A DNA stretch of 64,000 bases from Candidatus Acidiferrales bacterium (GTDB lineage Bacteria; Acidobacteriota; Terriglobia; Acidiferrales; UBA7541). A model generated the notes under the pieces. It was given only the letters and a program-made list of their open reading frames with translations, was not told the DNA's origin and ran no database searches. The stretch is from positions 14,645 to 78,644 of the forward strand of contig DATNLN010000042.1 in assembly GCA_035602855.1 (NCBI GenBank), written 5' to 3'. Made by a program: the position numbers and the translations under genes. Positions 1 to 9,567 of the stretch are shown here, one piece after another (positions within the stretch are counted from its first letter, which is position 1; every line of letters starts with the position of its first letter).

Positions 1-1200
1 GACGCGGCCATTCAAGTGACGCGCACCGAACGCGGCGTGCTGCTGCTGGCGAACGAATCGCACGAATTGCAGATGATCGTGGCGCGCGATGCGCAGCGGC
101 GAACTTTGCGCCCGGACCAGCTGCAGGTTTCGCAATCCGTAGTAAAGCGCGTGGCGCAGACGCGTCGCGAATTGATCGTCAGCGACACGGGCGAAGATGG
201 CGGGATGAGCCAGCAGGAAAGCGTCGCGCGGCTAGAGCTGCACACGGTGATTGCGATTCCGGTGGATAAGCTGCCGGTGATCGAAACGCTGGACGCGACG
301 ATTTCCACGCGCCAGGGCGAATTGCTCGGTGTGCTGTACCTGGATAGCCACGTGCCGTCCAGCGCGTTTTCCGACCTGGACCGCGAGGTATTGCGCACGC
401 TGGCGCGAGAGGCGGCGACCGTGGTTGAAAACGCCCGCTTGTTTGCATCTTCCCGTGCGAAGCAGCGCCTGGACCATGAGATTGAAATAGCGAGCCAGAT
501 TCAGAAGCAGCTCCTGCCGAAATCGCTGCCGAATTTGCCCGATGTAGCCGTGGCTGGTTCGACGCTTTCCTGCCATTCCGTCGGTGGCGATTGCTTCGAC
601 GTGATCGCGCTTGGCGGAGGGAGGCACGGATTTTTTGTCGGCGACATTTCGGGCAAGGGCGTTACGGCCGCGCTGCTAGCCACTTTGCTGCAAGGCGTCT
701 TCTTCACCACCGCCGCGATGGATATTTCGCTCCCGGGAGTTTTCTCGCGCGTGAATCAATATTTGTGCGAGCGTACGGGCGAAGATCGCTACGCCACAGT
801 GTTCTACGGCATTCTGGATAAACTTGGCCGCTTCGAGTACGTGAATGCCGGGCACGTGCCGCCGCTGCTGAAACGCAAGGCGGGCGGCCTCGAAGGCCTG
901 GGCTCCGCGAATTTCCCCGTGGGCATGTTCTCCGAAGCCGAATACCAGAGCGCGCGCGTGCAATTCGAACCTGGCGATTTTTTGGTCATCTATACAGACG
1001 GCGTTTCGGAAGCGACGAACACGCGCAATGAATTGTTCGAAGAGTTCCGGCTGCGCCAGATCGTGGAAGACTTTACCGGTGAGGACGTCACGCAACTCGG
1101 CGATGCCATCCGTGAAGGGATGCGCGTGTTCACCGAGGGCGCCGCGCAGTCCGACGACATCACCATCCTGGTGATCCAATACAAAGGTAACGCGTCGTGA
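1..1200 (+). CDS. GAF domain + PP2C/SpoIIE-type protein phosphatase (5' end probably outside window)
   Basis: ORF track 16..1200. The frame stays open back to nt 1. N-terminal GAF-like region and SpoIIE/PP2C hallmarks (GGDCFDV, GDISGKGVTAALL, VNAGHVPP, YTDGVSEA, DDITILV). Confidence 0.8.
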   Translation, partial: DAAIQVTRTERGVLLLANESHELQMIVARDAQRRTLRPDQLQVSQSVVKRVAQTRRELIVSDTGEDGGMSQQESVARLELHTVIAIPVDKLPVIETLDATISTRQGELLGVLYLDSHVPSSAFSDLDREVLRTLAREAATVVENARLFASSRAKQRLDHEIEIASQIQKQLLPKSLPNLPDVAVAGSTLSCHSVGGDCFDVIALGGGRHGFFVGDISGKGVTAALLATLLQGVFFTTAAMDISLPGVFSRVNQYLCERTGEDRYATVFYGILDKLGRFEYVNAGHVPPLLKRKAGGLEGLGSANFPVGMFSEAEYQSARVQFEPGDFLVIYTDGVSEATNTRNELFEEFRLRQIVEDFTGEDVTQLGDAIREGMRVFTEGAAQSDDITILVIQYKGNAS

Positions 1201-2855
1201 AACGCAAAGCCGCTCAGCCCAGCGAAGAAGGATTGCCGCTTGAGACGCTCGAGCAGGTAGTGGCGACGCTCAATCCGGAAAGCGAACCCGGGGAACTTGC
1301 GGCGCAAATGGTATGCGTATTGGCGGCGCCGGGGCGATTGGAAGGGGCGCGATTGTGGCGCGTGGTGGGCGGGTTGCCGTCGGTGTGGCAGGAAAGCGGC
1401 GAGCTGCCCAAGGCGGATGCGGCGCGCATCGAGCGAGTTCTGCAGGGGAAAGATTCGGGCGCAAACGGCAACGGTTGCACGTGGGTGCTAGGGCACGGCG
1501 CGCACCCGGTGGGAATTTTGGAAGCGTGGCCGAAGGGACCGCTCGATCCCAAATCGCGCGGCTGGCTGGAACTTTTCCGGCGTTATGCGGAAGTGGCGCT
1601 CGAGAGCAGCGAGCGCCGTCATGCGGTAATTGAGCTTTCCACGATCGTGGAAGCTACCAAGCGGCTGAATTCCACGCTGGATCTTGCCGAGCTTCTGAGC
1701 ATTATTTTGCAGCTGACCACGCGGCATACAGGCGCCGAGCGCGGCACCGTGTTCCTGGTGGACCGCGAGCGCGGCGAAATCTGGTCGCTCGTCGGCCTGG
1801 GCCTCGACCAGCACGAAATTCGGCTGCCTATCAACCGCGGGATTGCCGGCTGGGTAGCGGAGCACGGCGAAACCGTGAACCTGGAAGATGCTTACGCCGA
1901 TCCGCGATTTGAATCGGAAGTGGATGTACGGCTCGGCTTCCGCACCAAGTCGCTGCTGTGCCTGCCGATTCGCAGCAAGAGCGGCGAGCCCATCGGCGTG
2001 CTGCAGCTGCTGAACAAGAAATCCGGTCCATTCACTCACGCGGATGAAAACCTGCTGCGCGCGATTTCCGATCACGTGGCGCTGGCTCTGGAAAACGCGC
2101 AGCTGCACCGCGATTTGCTGCACAAGCAGCGCATGGAGCGCGATCTGGCTCTGGCGCGCAGCATTCAGTTGGGGCTGCTGCCGGAGCGCCCGCCGTTGCT
2201 CGACGGATTTGAAATTGGCGTGGCGCACCGGCCATCGCTGGAAGTTGGCGGCGACTATTACGATTTCATTGCGCTCGCGCCGGATACGATTCTTACCGTG
2301 GTGGCGGACGTGGAAGGCAAGGGCGTCGGTTCGGCAATGGTGATGGCCAACCTGCAGGCAACGCTGCACGCGCTGCTGGCGCATTTGCATTCGCTGGAGC
2401 GTCTGGTGGAATCGTTGAACGACATGATGCTGGCCGATACACGCGGGCAGAAGTTCATGACCATGTTCGTGGGCTTGCTGGATCAGCCGCGGCGCACCTT
2501 GCATTACGTGAATGCCGGGCACGTGCAGCCCGCCGTGGTGCGCGTGAATGGCGACGTGGAATATCTCACCGAGGGCGGCATGGTGGTGGGGTTGTTCGCG
2601 GGTGTGCGCTACGAACGCGGGCATGTCAAGCTGCATCCGGGTGACGTGGTGGTTTTCTGCACCGACGGCATCACTGAGGCGAATAATTCCTCGGAAGAAG
2701 AATTCGGGACGCAGCGCCTGGTAGACCTGGTGACGCGCGAGCGCCACCTGCCGGCGCAGGATATTGTGCAAGCGGTGATGACCACAGTCGACACATTCTC
2801 GCGCGGCGGCACGCACGAAGATGACCGCGTTATTCTGATTTTGAAAGTTTCCTGA
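1197..2855 (+). CDS. GAF domain-containing SpoIIE/PP2C family phosphatase (RsbU-like)
   Basis: 552-aa ORF. GTG start overlaps the upstream stop (GTGA). Central GAF region, then GGDYYDF, ADVEGKGVGSAMV, VNAGHVQP, CTDGITEA, DDRVILIL motifs. Confidence 0.85.
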   Translation: MKRKAAQPSEEGLPLETLEQVVATLNPESEPGELAAQMVCVLAAPGRLEGARLWRVVGGLPSVWQESGELPKADAARIERVLQGKDSGANGNGCTWVLGHGAHPVGILEAWPKGPLDPKSRGWLELFRRYAEVALESSERRHAVIELSTIVEATKRLNSTLDLAELLSIILQLTTRHTGAERGTVFLVDRERGEIWSLVGLGLDQHEIRLPINRGIAGWVAEHGETVNLEDAYADPRFESEVDVRLGFRTKSLLCLPIRSKSGEPIGVLQLLNKKSGPFTHADENLLRAISDHVALALENAQLHRDLLHKQRMERDLALARSIQLGLLPERPPLLDGFEIGVAHRPSLEVGGDYYDFIALAPDTILTVVADVEGKGVGSAMVMANLQATLHALLAHLHSLERLVESLNDMMLADTRGQKFMTMFVGLLDQPRRTLHYVNAGHVQPAVVRVNGDVEYLTEGGMVVGLFAGVRYERGHVKLHPGDVVVFCTDGITEANNSSEEEFGTQRLVDLVTRERHLPAQDIVQAVMTTVDTFSRGGTHEDDRVILILKVS

Positions 2856-2867
2856 TTAGGCGGCGCC

Positions 2868-3785
2868 TCAGGGATTGCCTCGATACTTCTCGAAGAATCT
2901 GACCACCCGGTTTTCGTAATCGGCCGGCGCTTGCCCCAAGGCGGAGGCGTGTCCCGCTCCTTGCACAACCCACAGCTCTTTCGGTCCCGTCGCTGCATCG
3001 TAAATGGCTTCGGCGTGGCGGCAGGGAATTCTGTGATCATTCGCACCGCAAATCAGCAGGACCGGGAACGGGCGTTGCGCCACGGCCTTTTGGGGCGAGA
3101 CTGCGTCGGGATCGAAGCCGCCTGTTCTGGCTACCGCGCGCATCGCGAAAATCGAAGCGGGGCGCAAGAGCGTCTTGCCGATGAACGGGCTCACATCCAG
3201 CCCCGCGTAGTCGTAGCTGACTTCACGAAGACTTGCAAACGGATCCTCGGCGGAAACCGCGGCGATGCGCGGCTCGACGGCTGCGGACTGCAGCGCGATC
3301 GCGGCGCCCATGGAAACTCCGTGCGCCAAAAGATGGCGAACTTTTTCGCTAGCGTACAGCGCATCGGTGATCGCCACCGTGTCGTAGCGTTCTTTCCAGC
3401 CGTAGGTGGCCATGTCGCCACCGCTTTTTCCGTGGGCACGCGAATCCATCATCACGACGCTGTACCCGTGACGGAGAAGAAATTCCGCGTGGCCCAGATC
3501 GCCGGTGCGATTGTCGGAGACGCCGTGAAAGAGCAGCACCCAATCGCCATTGGCTGATGGCGGCACGACTTTCCAGCCGCGCAGTTCGACGCCGTCGTTC
3601 GCGCGCACGGTGAGATCTGTTTTCACGGCGCTTGTGCGCTCCCATGTTTGTTCGGTTTCCTCTACGCGCTCCGGATTGTGATTTGCGGGATGCAAAACTC
3701 CTGGGCCGATGGCGTTGCCAATATATCCGGAGGCGGCCGACAGCAGAGCGAGTATGACGATTGCGATGCAGCTGAACGAGCGCAT
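2868..3785 (-). CDS. alpha/beta hydrolase with N-terminal signal/anchor
   Basis: 305-aa ORF. Hydrophobic N-terminus MRSFSCIAIVILALLSAASG, nucleophile elbow HGVSMGAA (GxSxG), late GAGH motif. Confidence 0.75.
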   Translation of the reverse strand: MRSFSCIAIVILALLSAASGYIGNAIGPGVLHPANHNPERVEETEQTWERTSAVKTDLTVRANDGVELRGWKVVPPSANGDWVLLFHGVSDNRTGDLGHAEFLLRHGYSVVMMDSRAHGKSGGDMATYGWKERYDTVAITDALYASEKVRHLLAHGVSMGAAIALQSAAVEPRIAAVSAEDPFASLREVSYDYAGLDVSPFIGKTLLRPASIFAMRAVARTGGFDPDAVSPQKAVAQRPFPVLLICGANDHRIPCRHAEAIYDAATGPKELWVVQGAGHASALGQAPADYENRVVRFFEKYRGNP

Positions 3786-3866
3786 GAGAACTCCTAGAGA
3801 TGTTACGAGATCAGACGGTCCAGTGTTTCACTGGCGTGCGGGAGAGTCGCGCGGCTGCTATCAGGG

Positions 3867-4715
3867 CTAGCTGCCCGTGGAAGAGTAGTGACGCGTACCG
3901 AAATTCCAGAGTGAGATTGCTATGGTGAGGAACACCACGGCGACGACCGGCACCAGCGGGGCGTATTGCGGTGAAATCGTACGGCCGAGCATGCGCACGC
4001 TGGGATAGAACGAGGCCAGTCCGAAGGGAACGATCCAACAGAGAAAAAATTGCACCACCCCGCTGTAAATCGAAAGAGGGTAGCGGCCGAAAGCGATCAC
4101 GTTCCACACGGGCGGGTGCACGCCGATGCGGTCTTCGAACCAGAACGATACCGTGCTGAGGATGAGGAAGACCGATATATAGATGATGCCGGCGCAGAGG
4201 CCAAAGAACAGTAGCATGGCAAATTTCCTCCCAGTCCACACCAGACCCAGGTGGCGTGTCGCCCACCACATGCAGAAAACGCCGGTCGCGACTTCCTGCA
4301 GCGATTCGATGCGGAAAGTTTCGAACAGCACTTGGAAGAGTGAGGAAATTGGCCGCAGCAGCACGCGATCGAATTTTCCCTCGATAATGTAATTGTTCCC
4401 GAAATCGTAGAGGTTCAGGCTGACGACATTGAAGATGCCGTAGGGAATTAGCGAAAAGCCGTAGAGGAACAGCACTTCTTCGAAGTGCCAGCCCGCAAGC
4501 TGCGGCACTTTATTGAACAGGACGACGACGAAACTAAGTGAAAACATCGTGGCGGCAAAGCTGGTCGCGAGGCTGATGAAGAAATCGCCGCGATAGCTGA
4601 CGCGCACTTTGGCATACTGCGAGAAATAATCGAAGAACAGGAAGAAATGCCGCTGCATCGCGGCGATTATGCCGCTGATGCCTGATTTTTCCGTGCTGGG
4701 CGTTGTCGCTGGCAT
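3867..4715 (-). CDS. ABC-2 family transporter permease
   Basis: 282-aa polytopic hydrophobic ORF, last gene of a three-gene minus-strand ABC operon. Confidence 0.7.
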   Translation of the reverse strand: MPATTPSTEKSGISGIIAAMQRHFFLFFDYFSQYAKVRVSYRGDFFISLATSFAATMFSLSFVVVLFNKVPQLAGWHFEEVLFLYGFSLIPYGIFNVVSLNLYDFGNNYIIEGKFDRVLLRPISSLFQVLFETFRIESLQEVATGVFCMWWATRHLGLVWTGRKFAMLLFFGLCAGIIYISVFLILSTVSFWFEDRIGVHPPVWNVIAFGRYPLSIYSGVVQFFLCWIVPFGLASFYPSVRMLGRTISPQYAPLVPVVAVVFLTIAISLWNFGTRHYSSTGS

Positions 4716-4786
4716 GATTTGCGTCGCGGCGGTGTATCGCCGGCAGGTTTAGATTCGAAATCAGGAAGAAACGCCGGCGTTACGAT

Positions 4787-5599
4787 CTACCCTCCGTGAA
4801 TTGTGATTTTCTGCGAGGCTCGCTCCCACCACACATGCGCGAGCCACAACAGCACGATCACCCACAGCCACTGAATCCCCAGCGCACGCAACATTGCCGC
4901 GCGGTCCAGCTTGCCCAGATAAATTTGCAGCGGCGTGTAGGCGATATGCTCAAACGGCAGCCACGCGAGCACTTGTTGCGCCCGCTCCGGAAAAAATGAC
5001 ATGGGAATCAGTAGCCCGGAGAGCAGCTCAATCAGCCAGTATTTCGCGCGAATCAGCGCCAGGATGGATTTCAGTGGGATCGCGCACGTGCCGATCATGA
5101 AATTGATCGCGGCCATCAGGAAAAAACTACCCAGCACTGCCACCAGGAACAGCAGAAAATTCTCGCGGGACACCGGGCCTTGCACGGGAAAGACCAGCGC
5201 CACCACGACAGCCGTCGGCAGCGTCAGCAACCCTAGGCGAAACGCCGATTCGCCGATCGCGCGCGAAATCCACATCCACTGCACGGAAACCGGCTTGATC
5301 AGGTCCATGGCGATCTTGCCTTCAATCACCTCGTACGCCATTTCCTGGTCAATCGTGTTCCAGTAGAACGAGCGAATCATCCAGCCAACGCTGACGTACG
5401 TGATCATCTGCGCCAGGTTGTATCCCGCGATGGCGATGCCGCCACGGTACACCGCGCTCCAGATAAAGTAGTATACGGTGACGTTCAGGAAGTAGGTGAT
5501 AATCCCGGTGAAGTAGCGCAGCCGGAATGCGAGGATGTTGACGAATCCCACCCGCGAAAATTCGGCGTAGGGCACCAGCGTTTGCACCCAGCTGCTCAC
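4787..5599 (-). CDS. ABC-2 family transporter permease
   Basis: 270-aa polytopic ORF. Its start overlaps the upstream ATPase stop by 4 nt (5596-5599). Confidence 0.7.
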   Translation of the reverse strand: MSSWVQTLVPYAEFSRVGFVNILAFRLRYFTGIITYFLNVTVYYFIWSAVYRGGIAIAGYNLAQMITYVSVGWMIRSFYWNTIDQEMAYEVIEGKIAMDLIKPVSVQWMWISRAIGESAFRLGLLTLPTAVVVALVFPVQGPVSRENFLLFLVAVLGSFFLMAAINFMIGTCAIPLKSILALIRAKYWLIELLSGLLIPMSFFPERAQQVLAWLPFEHIAYTPLQIYLGKLDRAAMLRALGIQWLWVIVLLWLAHVWWERASQKITIHGG

Positions 5600-6618
5600 A
5601 CGCTCACCTCAAGATGCGCTTCGCCGGCGTAGATGCGTTTGATGATTTCTTCGATTGGCTCGTCTTCAATGAGCAGGTCGCGTACTTCCACTGCGTCCAG
5701 GATCTTCCGAATCAGATCAGATGTGGAAACTTTCACGCGGTCGAAGCGGATGCGATAGGTCAATTCGTCCACTTGATCTACTTCCAAGGCATCGCGCGAG
5801 AAAGCGTCCAGGCAGTCCGCTTGCGTGCGGTCCTTCAACACGAATTTGATCTGCTTGGTGCGCAGCAGTTGCTGTTTCAGCTGCGCCAGATGCCCGTCGT
5901 ACAGGACTTTGCCGTGGTCAATAATCATAATCCGGCGGCAGAGTTCCTCGATGTCGTCGAGGTCGTGGGTGGTCAGCAGCACGGTAGTGCGGAATTCGCG
6001 ATTGATGGCGCGCAGAAAATGGCGGATGTGGTCTTTGGCGACCACGTCGAGGCCAATCGTCGGCTCGTCCAGGAACAGCAGTGGCGGATTGTGCAGCAGC
6101 GCGGCGGCCAGATCGCAGCGCATGCGTTCGCCGAGCGAAAGCTTGCGCACCGGGGTATGCAGGTAATCGCGAATATTCAGGATGGCATCGAAGTGCTCCA
6201 TGCGCGCATCGAAATCACGCTGCGACACGTCGTAGATGCGCCGCAACAGCTTGAAGGATTCGATCACCGCGATGTCCCACCACAGCTGGGTGCGCTGGCC
6301 AAACACCACGCCGATGGTTTTCACATACTGGCGGCGCTGGCGGTAGGGAACGTAGCCATTGATGCGGATTTCGCCGCTGGTGGGGACCAGAATCCCGGTG
6401 AGCATCTTGATGGTGGTGGATTTTCCCGCGCCGTTGGGTCCGATGTAGCCGACCATTTCGCCGCGCTCGATGGTAAATCCGACGCGATCCACCGCGGCCA
6501 CGGTGCGGTAATCGCGAACGAAGAGATTTTGGATCGAGCCCCACACGCCTTCGCGCCGCTTGAAGGTGCGGAAGTGCTTCGAGAGCTCGTGAACGTGAAT
6601 TAAGGAGTCGGCGCTCAT
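5596..6618 (-). CDS. ABC transporter ATP-binding protein
   Basis: Walker A GPNGAGKST, signature LSLGERMR, Walker B LLFLDEPT, H-loop TTHD. Start moved to the internal ATG at 6618 (MSADSLIHVHELSKHF); the track ORF extends to 6693. Confidence 0.9.
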   Translation of the reverse strand: MSADSLIHVHELSKHFRTFKRREGVWGSIQNLFVRDYRTVAAVDRVGFTIERGEMVGYIGPNGAGKSTTIKMLTGILVPTSGEIRINGYVPYRQRRQYVKTIGVVFGQRTQLWWDIAVIESFKLLRRIYDVSQRDFDARMEHFDAILNIRDYLHTPVRKLSLGERMRCDLAAALLHNPPLLFLDEPTIGLDVVAKDHIRHFLRAINREFRTTVLLTTHDLDDIEELCRRIMIIDHGKVLYDGHLAQLKQQLLRTKQIKFVLKDRTQADCLDAFSRDALEVDQVDELTYRIRFDRVKVSTSDLIRKILDAVEVRDLLIEDEPIEEIIKRIYAGEAHLEVSV

Positions 6619-6628
6619 CCGATTGGGA

Positions 6629-6637
6629 ATTCTAGCA
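6629..6637 (-). promoter_or_regulatory. extended -10 element TGCTAGAAT, 10 nt upstream of the ABC ATPase start codon
   Basis: Minus strand reads AAATGCTAGAATTCCCAATCGGATG. The same motif recurs at 6994-7002. Confidence 0.4.
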
Positions 6638-6819
6638 TTTACGGGGAAGCAGCGCTGGTGCTCTACGAGCGCGCGCGACGCCGGATAGCGCATCCGCGGC
6701 GCGTGCCACCCCGTCTGGCAGCTTAGACGTGAGAAAGTGAAATTCGGCGCGACAGAATCGTGAGGGATTTGTGCCGGCAGCGCGCCAAAGACGACGCAGC
6801 TGCAGTGTTTATTTGCCCG

Positions 6820-6987
6820 CTAGCCTTTGTGGCAGACCGAGCAGTGCTTGGCTTCGTAGTTTTCCATTGTCACTTCGAACATGTTGTTGCATCCAATACA
6901 TACGCGATGGATCTTCGCGGGCGGCTTTTCGCCCGGCTTGGTCTGGGCGCCGTGCGCGGAGTGCTGATTATGTTGTGGCTCGCTCAT
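6820..6987 (-). CDS. 55-aa zinc-ribbon microprotein (below the ORF-track length cutoff)
   Basis: Hand translation of the minus strand: MSEPQHNQHSAHGAQTKPGEKPPAKIHRVCIGCNNMFEVTMENYEAKHCSVCHKG, with paired CxxC motifs (CIGC, CSVC). ATG at 6987, TAG at 6820-6822. Confidence 0.5.
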   Translation of the reverse strand: MSEPQHNQHSAHGAQTKPGEKPPAKIHRVCIGCNNMFEVTMENYEAKHCSVCHKG

Positions 6988-6993
6988 AGCGGG

Positions 6994-7002
6994 ATTCTAG
7001 CA
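6994..7002 (-). promoter_or_regulatory. extended -10 element TGCTAGAAT, 6 nt upstream of the microprotein ATG (leaderless geometry)
   Basis: Minus strand reads TTCATGCTAGAATCCCGCTATG. Confidence 0.4.
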
Positions 7003-7176
7003 TGAAGCGAATGCTGTGGTCCGGCGCAACTCGTCATTTATACAGGCCCCGCGTAGCGTCCGCAGGGATCCGAGCCGTGGCAATCTTGCGGTGTTTGCGC
7101 GGGCAAGCCGGGAAAGGGTCTGCTACAATTTTACAGCTTCGGGGGAAGCCTGCGTCCTAGCGGTGCGTGAAATTAG

Positions 7177-8412
7177 ATGCCGGCCAACAACAAACCAAAA
7201 TGGGTGATTGCCAGCCTCGCCGTGGCTTTGGGCGTCGTGCTGCTGATTGTGTTGGCAGAGCGCGGGCCGGCGCCGCAAGTGCAGATTGTAAGCGTTACGC
7301 GCGAGGATTTGACCGCGTCCATCACCGGCAACGGCAAAGTGGAGCCAATTTCACCCACGGTGGCGCGCGCGCAATTTCCCACGTTTGTCGCGGACGTGAA
7401 AACTGGCGAAGGGCAGTCCATCCACAAAGGTCAGCTGATCTTGACCTTAGACGCCGCCGATGTGCGCGCGCAACTCTCCCAAGCCCGCGCCGATTTGCTT
7501 GCGGCACAAATGGAATTGCGCAACGCGCACTCCGGCGGGCCTCCGGATGAAGTAGCGCAGCTGGCGGGAAATCTGCAGAACGCGGAAACACAGGTCGCAA
7601 GCCTCGAGAGAACGCAACAGGCCCTGGCGCAGCTGGTGGCCAAGGGCGCGGCCACGCAGGAAGAAGTCGCGCAGAACCAGACGGCGCTCGCCACCGCGCG
7701 CGCGAATTTGCAAATCTATCAGCAGAAGAAGGCGGCGCTCGAGCAGCGCACTTCCGTAACTGTGGAGAGCGCCAGCCTGCGCCTGAAGCAGCAGCAGGAC
7801 CTGGTAGCCGCGCTGGAAGAAAAAGTTCGCTCGGCCACCGTAATCGCTCCGGCCGATGGCACGCTCTATTCTCTGCCGGTGCGCAAGGGTGATTTTGTGA
7901 AGTTGGGCGACGTGCTGGCGGAAATGGCGGACCTGCGCCATGTGCGCGTACGCGCGTTCGTGGATGAACCGGACCTGGGTCCGCTCGGCCAGAATCAGGG
8001 CGTGCAGGTATTGTGGGACGCGATGCCGAACCGCATATGGAACGGCAAAGTTGAGCAGGTACCCAAGCAGGTGGTGGCGCGCGGCTCGCGCAGTGTGGGC
8101 GAGGTGCTCTGTTCGGTGGATAACGACAAAGTAGAGCTGCTGCCGAACGTGAACGTGGAAGTGCGCATTCTGGTTCACGAACAGCGCGGCGTGCTGGTGA
8201 TACCGCGGGGCGCGGTACGTTACGACCAAGGACAACATTTCGTGCTCGCTTACGACGGCGACGCGGTGCACAGGCGGGATATCAAGGTGGGAGTCGCGGG
8301 CGCCGATAAATATGAGGTGCTTGCCGGGCTGGCCCAGGGAGACAAAGTGGCGCTGCCCGGAGACGTGGATTTGCGCGATGGTATGAAGGTGCGAGCCGCG
8401 GAGGCTAAATGA
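7177..8412 (+). CDS. HlyD/MacA-type periplasmic adaptor (membrane fusion protein)
   Basis: 411 aa. N-terminal TM anchor, long coiled-coil hairpin region (LLAAQMELRNA...LQIYQQKKAALEQR), beta-barrel C-terminal part. Confidence 0.85.
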   Translation: MPANNKPKWVIASLAVALGVVLLIVLAERGPAPQVQIVSVTREDLTASITGNGKVEPISPTVARAQFPTFVADVKTGEGQSIHKGQLILTLDAADVRAQLSQARADLLAAQMELRNAHSGGPPDEVAQLAGNLQNAETQVASLERTQQALAQLVAKGAATQEEVAQNQTALATARANLQIYQQKKAALEQRTSVTVESASLRLKQQQDLVAALEEKVRSATVIAPADGTLYSLPVRKGDFVKLGDVLAEMADLRHVRVRAFVDEPDLGPLGQNQGVQVLWDAMPNRIWNGKVEQVPKQVVARGSRSVGEVLCSVDNDKVELLPNVNVEVRILVHEQRGVLVIPRGAVRYDQGQHFVLAYDGDAVHRRDIKVGVAGADKYEVLAGLAQGDKVALPGDVDLRDGMKVRAAEAK

Positions 8413-9512
8413 GAATGAGGCACGCCAGTGGTAGAAGTAGAGCGAGGATTGCGAATCTGCTTCGCGCGGCCTGTGGCGCGGCGGCATTCCTGCTACTTAG
8501 TGCGTCAACTCCAACCGCGCGAGCCGCAACAGGCGCGACGCACACGCCGAACGATCCGAGCCTGCTTCCTTTCTCCAGCGCCATCGCCGTCGACGCCTCG
8601 GCCCCGATCCAGACGGCGCAGCGTCAGTTCAACGCAGGAAATTATTCCGCGGCGATCACCACGCTGCAGTCCGCGGTCACGCAAAATCCCAACAGTGCGG
8701 AGGCTTACTACTGGCTGGGACGCACTTATTACGAAATCCGCGACTATGACAATGCGATTGCGGCGGCCGAGAAGTCCGTCGCTCTGGACGCCAAAAATTC
8801 TGTTTATCATCAGTGGCTGGGGACAATCTACGGCGGCAAAGCGGATCGCGACCGCAGTTTTTCTTACGCGCGGAAAGTAAAGAAGGAATTCGAAGAGGCG
8901 GTACAACTGAATCCTCAGAACATTTCGGCGCGGCGCGATCTAGAGGAATACGATTTGCAAGCGCCGTGGGTCGTGGGCGGAAATAAAGATGAAGCCAAGG
9001 CGCAAGTGGACGCGATTGCCGCGTTCGATCCCGTTCAAGGCCATCTGGCGCGCGGCGTCTATGATATGGATGGCGCAAAGAAATCTGATCTAGCGGAAAA
9101 GGAATATCGCGAAGTTCTCGCCGCCAGGCCGGCCAAGCTTGACGCGTATCTAGAAGTGATCGCTTTCTTCCAGCAGCAGAATAAGCCCGCGGACATGGAT
9201 ACCGCGATTCAAGCCGCTGCGCTGGTGGCGCCGAACGATCCGCGCCTGGGATATTGGCGCGCCGCGTCCTTGACGCTGGCCAATTCGAATCTTGCCGACG
9301 CTGAAAAATACTTGAAGGCTTATCTGGCCAGCACGTCGGATCGCAGCGATTGGCCCTCGCATTCCGCCGCGCGCGGTTGGTTGGGCCGTGTGTACGAAGC
9401 GCAAGGAAAACGCGGCGAAGCCGCCGAGCAGTATCGCGCGGCGCTGCAGCTTGATCCTAACGACAAGGACGCCAAGACGCGGCTGGATCGTCTGGCGAAA
9501 TCCACGCACTAA
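8409..9512 (+). CDS. secreted TPR-repeat protein
   Basis: 367 aa. Signal peptide, repeated TPR-like AEAYYWLGRTYYE / A..L.P.N helices. ATGA overlap with the adaptor gene. Confidence 0.8.
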   Translation: MRMRHASGRSRARIANLLRAACGAAAFLLLSASTPTARAATGATHTPNDPSLLPFSSAIAVDASAPIQTAQRQFNAGNYSAAITTLQSAVTQNPNSAEAYYWLGRTYYEIRDYDNAIAAAEKSVALDAKNSVYHQWLGTIYGGKADRDRSFSYARKVKKEFEEAVQLNPQNISARRDLEEYDLQAPWVVGGNKDEAKAQVDAIAAFDPVQGHLARGVYDMDGAKKSDLAEKEYREVLAARPAKLDAYLEVIAFFQQQNKPADMDTAIQAAALVAPNDPRLGYWRAASLTLANSNLADAEKYLKAYLASTSDRSDWPSHSAARGWLGRVYEAQGKRGEAAEQYRAALQLDPNDKDAKTRLDRLAKSTH

Positions 9513-9567
9513 ATCCGTGAAAGATTCGCTCGAAACTCGCACCCTGCAAACCGCATCTCATCCGGTG

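Noticed and set aside
1488-2816. 442-aa minus-strand ORF antisense to the GAF-PP2C gene. Similar long antisense ORFs occur at 5614-6603, 7447-8487, 11684-13501, 25998-27053, 43046-44545, 49035-50465, 56791-58068, 59871-60866 and 62827-63951.
   Set aside because: Each lies opposite a gene with clear family motifs. Their products are Arg/His/Ala/Gly-rich low-complexity strings typical of GC-driven shadow ORFs, and none has a recognisable motif.
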